64,000 nucleotides of DNA, from NCBI RefSeq assembly GCF_006345805.1, contig NC_043010.1, positions 49,600,001 through 49,664,000 of the forward strand, given 5' to 3'. The notes below the pieces were generated by a model. It ran no database searches. It was given only the letters and a program-made list of their open reading frames with translations, and had not been told where the DNA came from. A program made the position numbers and the translations under genes. This document shows, piece after piece, positions 62,600 through 64,000 of the stretch; position 1 is the stretch's first letter, and the number at the start of each line of letters is the position of its first letter. This stretch comes from Octopus sinensis (taxonomy: Eukaryota).

Positions 62600-63120
62600 T
62601 TTCACAATCTCCCCCCCCCTTCACTCTCCTTCATTATTCTCGCTTATGTTATTTTCTCCTCTCCCTCTACATCTTGTTCCTTGTCTTTACTTTCAATCAA
62701 AATCTGCCTCCACTGCATCTTGCTAAGTTGCCAATGCTTCCCTCCAGGATACACTTTGATATCCTGCCTGAATCTCTCTCTTTCTCTCTCTCTCTCTCAA
62801 ACACACACATTCTATTGTTACCTCTCTATTGTAGAGCTCTTCTTTCCACCCTCCTCTCCTACTTCATTACTTACTAGTGCTGTCTCATTCTCTCTCACTC
62901 TTTCTTTCATCACTCTTTATATTTCAATGTCTGCTTGCCTGACAACTTGTTTCACCAACATACTTGTCTGATAATTTTCTCTCTTTCTCACTCCACCCTA
63001 TCCCCAGCTGTCTGTCTGTCTCTCTCTTTCTCTGTCAATCTCCCATCTATCTATTTTTATCTAATCCAACTTTCTTTCTCTTCCACCTCTCTCAGCTCAG
63101 TCATTACTTTCCACATTTCT
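62600..63120. repeat. Pyrimidine-rich (CT) low-complexity tract; a similar tract lies at 1860-2320
   Basis: C/T-dominated with (CT)n remnants. It explains the L/S/F-rich ORFs here. Confidence 0.75.
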
Positions 63121-64000
63121 CTAGCATGGCAGGAAGACAGAACCCAATGAACCATAACAGTCACTTGGCTTGTTATACAGAAGATTATTGCAGTATTGAA
63201 TGCAATGTTTGCTGGTCCATTGATCTTTTGTGTAATATGTTGAATTTGTAAAACTCATATAACATTTCTCTTTGAGAACAAATTTTATAATTGAACTTAA
63301 CATTTGTTGATATAAAAATATCTAATTAACTGCATGCAAATAATTTAATATATGTCAGGAATTGAAATATTGTGTTTATACATGCATATGTGTGTCTAAT
63401 TTGTTTTAAACGGAAAAAGTTACTATTTTAATGAGATGAGTACAATGTTTATTTGAGTCTGAAGTATAGGCCAAACAAGCTATTTGGCATCAGTATGACA
63501 AAAACAGAAAGATTACTGAAAAATATTGAATTATTTGAAGATATAGTTTTTGTAGTTTTTAATTACAGCTTCTGTCTCGAAATTATTTTTCTCTCTCTCT
63601 CTCTCCTTCATATTTCTCTTATCGTCTGTTTAGTGTCTCTTTTCCATGTTGCTGTGGATTGCTTTGTGCTAGCATATGACATACGAGCAACCCCCCCCCC
63701 CCGTCCAATGGACAGTACTGAGTTGTCAAACATTTAAACCAAATTTTCTCAAGACAACTTGTCCGACCATCCCATAGGCCTCCCCTTTGAGAAACACTGA
63801 TAGACTTTTTTTCTATTCCAAAGAAAAATAATTTTATTCACACAAATATGCAACCGAAGAGTTTAAAGTACCAGTAATGATAAGGCTGTTGACTGGGAGA
63901 ACACAAACATGGTTTAAACAGTAAGCTTGGCAGGAAAGAAATGTGCCTTTAAGCAGTACAAAAACAACAAAAAATGGAAGGTGCAGTTATGCAATCTCAC

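Overview
This is AT-rich, repeat-dense animal genomic DNA. The SINE/MITE/microsatellite landscape looks like octopus (coleoid cephalopod); that is inferred from recalled repeat families, not from a search. Most or all of the window appears to lie inside one plus-strand gene, a KDM3/JMJD1C-family JmjC histone demethylase. Only two coding exons are visible: 26657-26809 (153 bp) and 62050-62166 (117 bp). Both are phase 0, both encode the N-terminal module, and they are separated by a 35.2-kb intron. I did not find the first coding exon, which is probably upstream of the window. The rest is intronic: several tRNA-type SINE families, RTE, CR1/L2-like, Hero-like and Penelope-like retroelement relics, mariner/Tc1/pogo relics, three TTAA-flanked piggyBac-type MITE families, an hAT-type MITE and many microsatellites. 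The most notable items are (1) a ~740-bp fold-back palindrome about 270 bp downstream of the first visible exon, (2) a 501-bp TA-flanked fold-back element with a TTAGGG core whose empty insertion site survives in a neighbouring tandem duplicate, (3) a minimal hammerhead-ribozyme motif with an intact catalytic core, plus weaker relics, and (4) a tRNA-Asp-headed mini-element nested in another SINE. Almost all ORFs in the supplied track are microsatellite or repeat artefacts. Coordinates for degenerate repeats are approximate, and identities were judged by eye.
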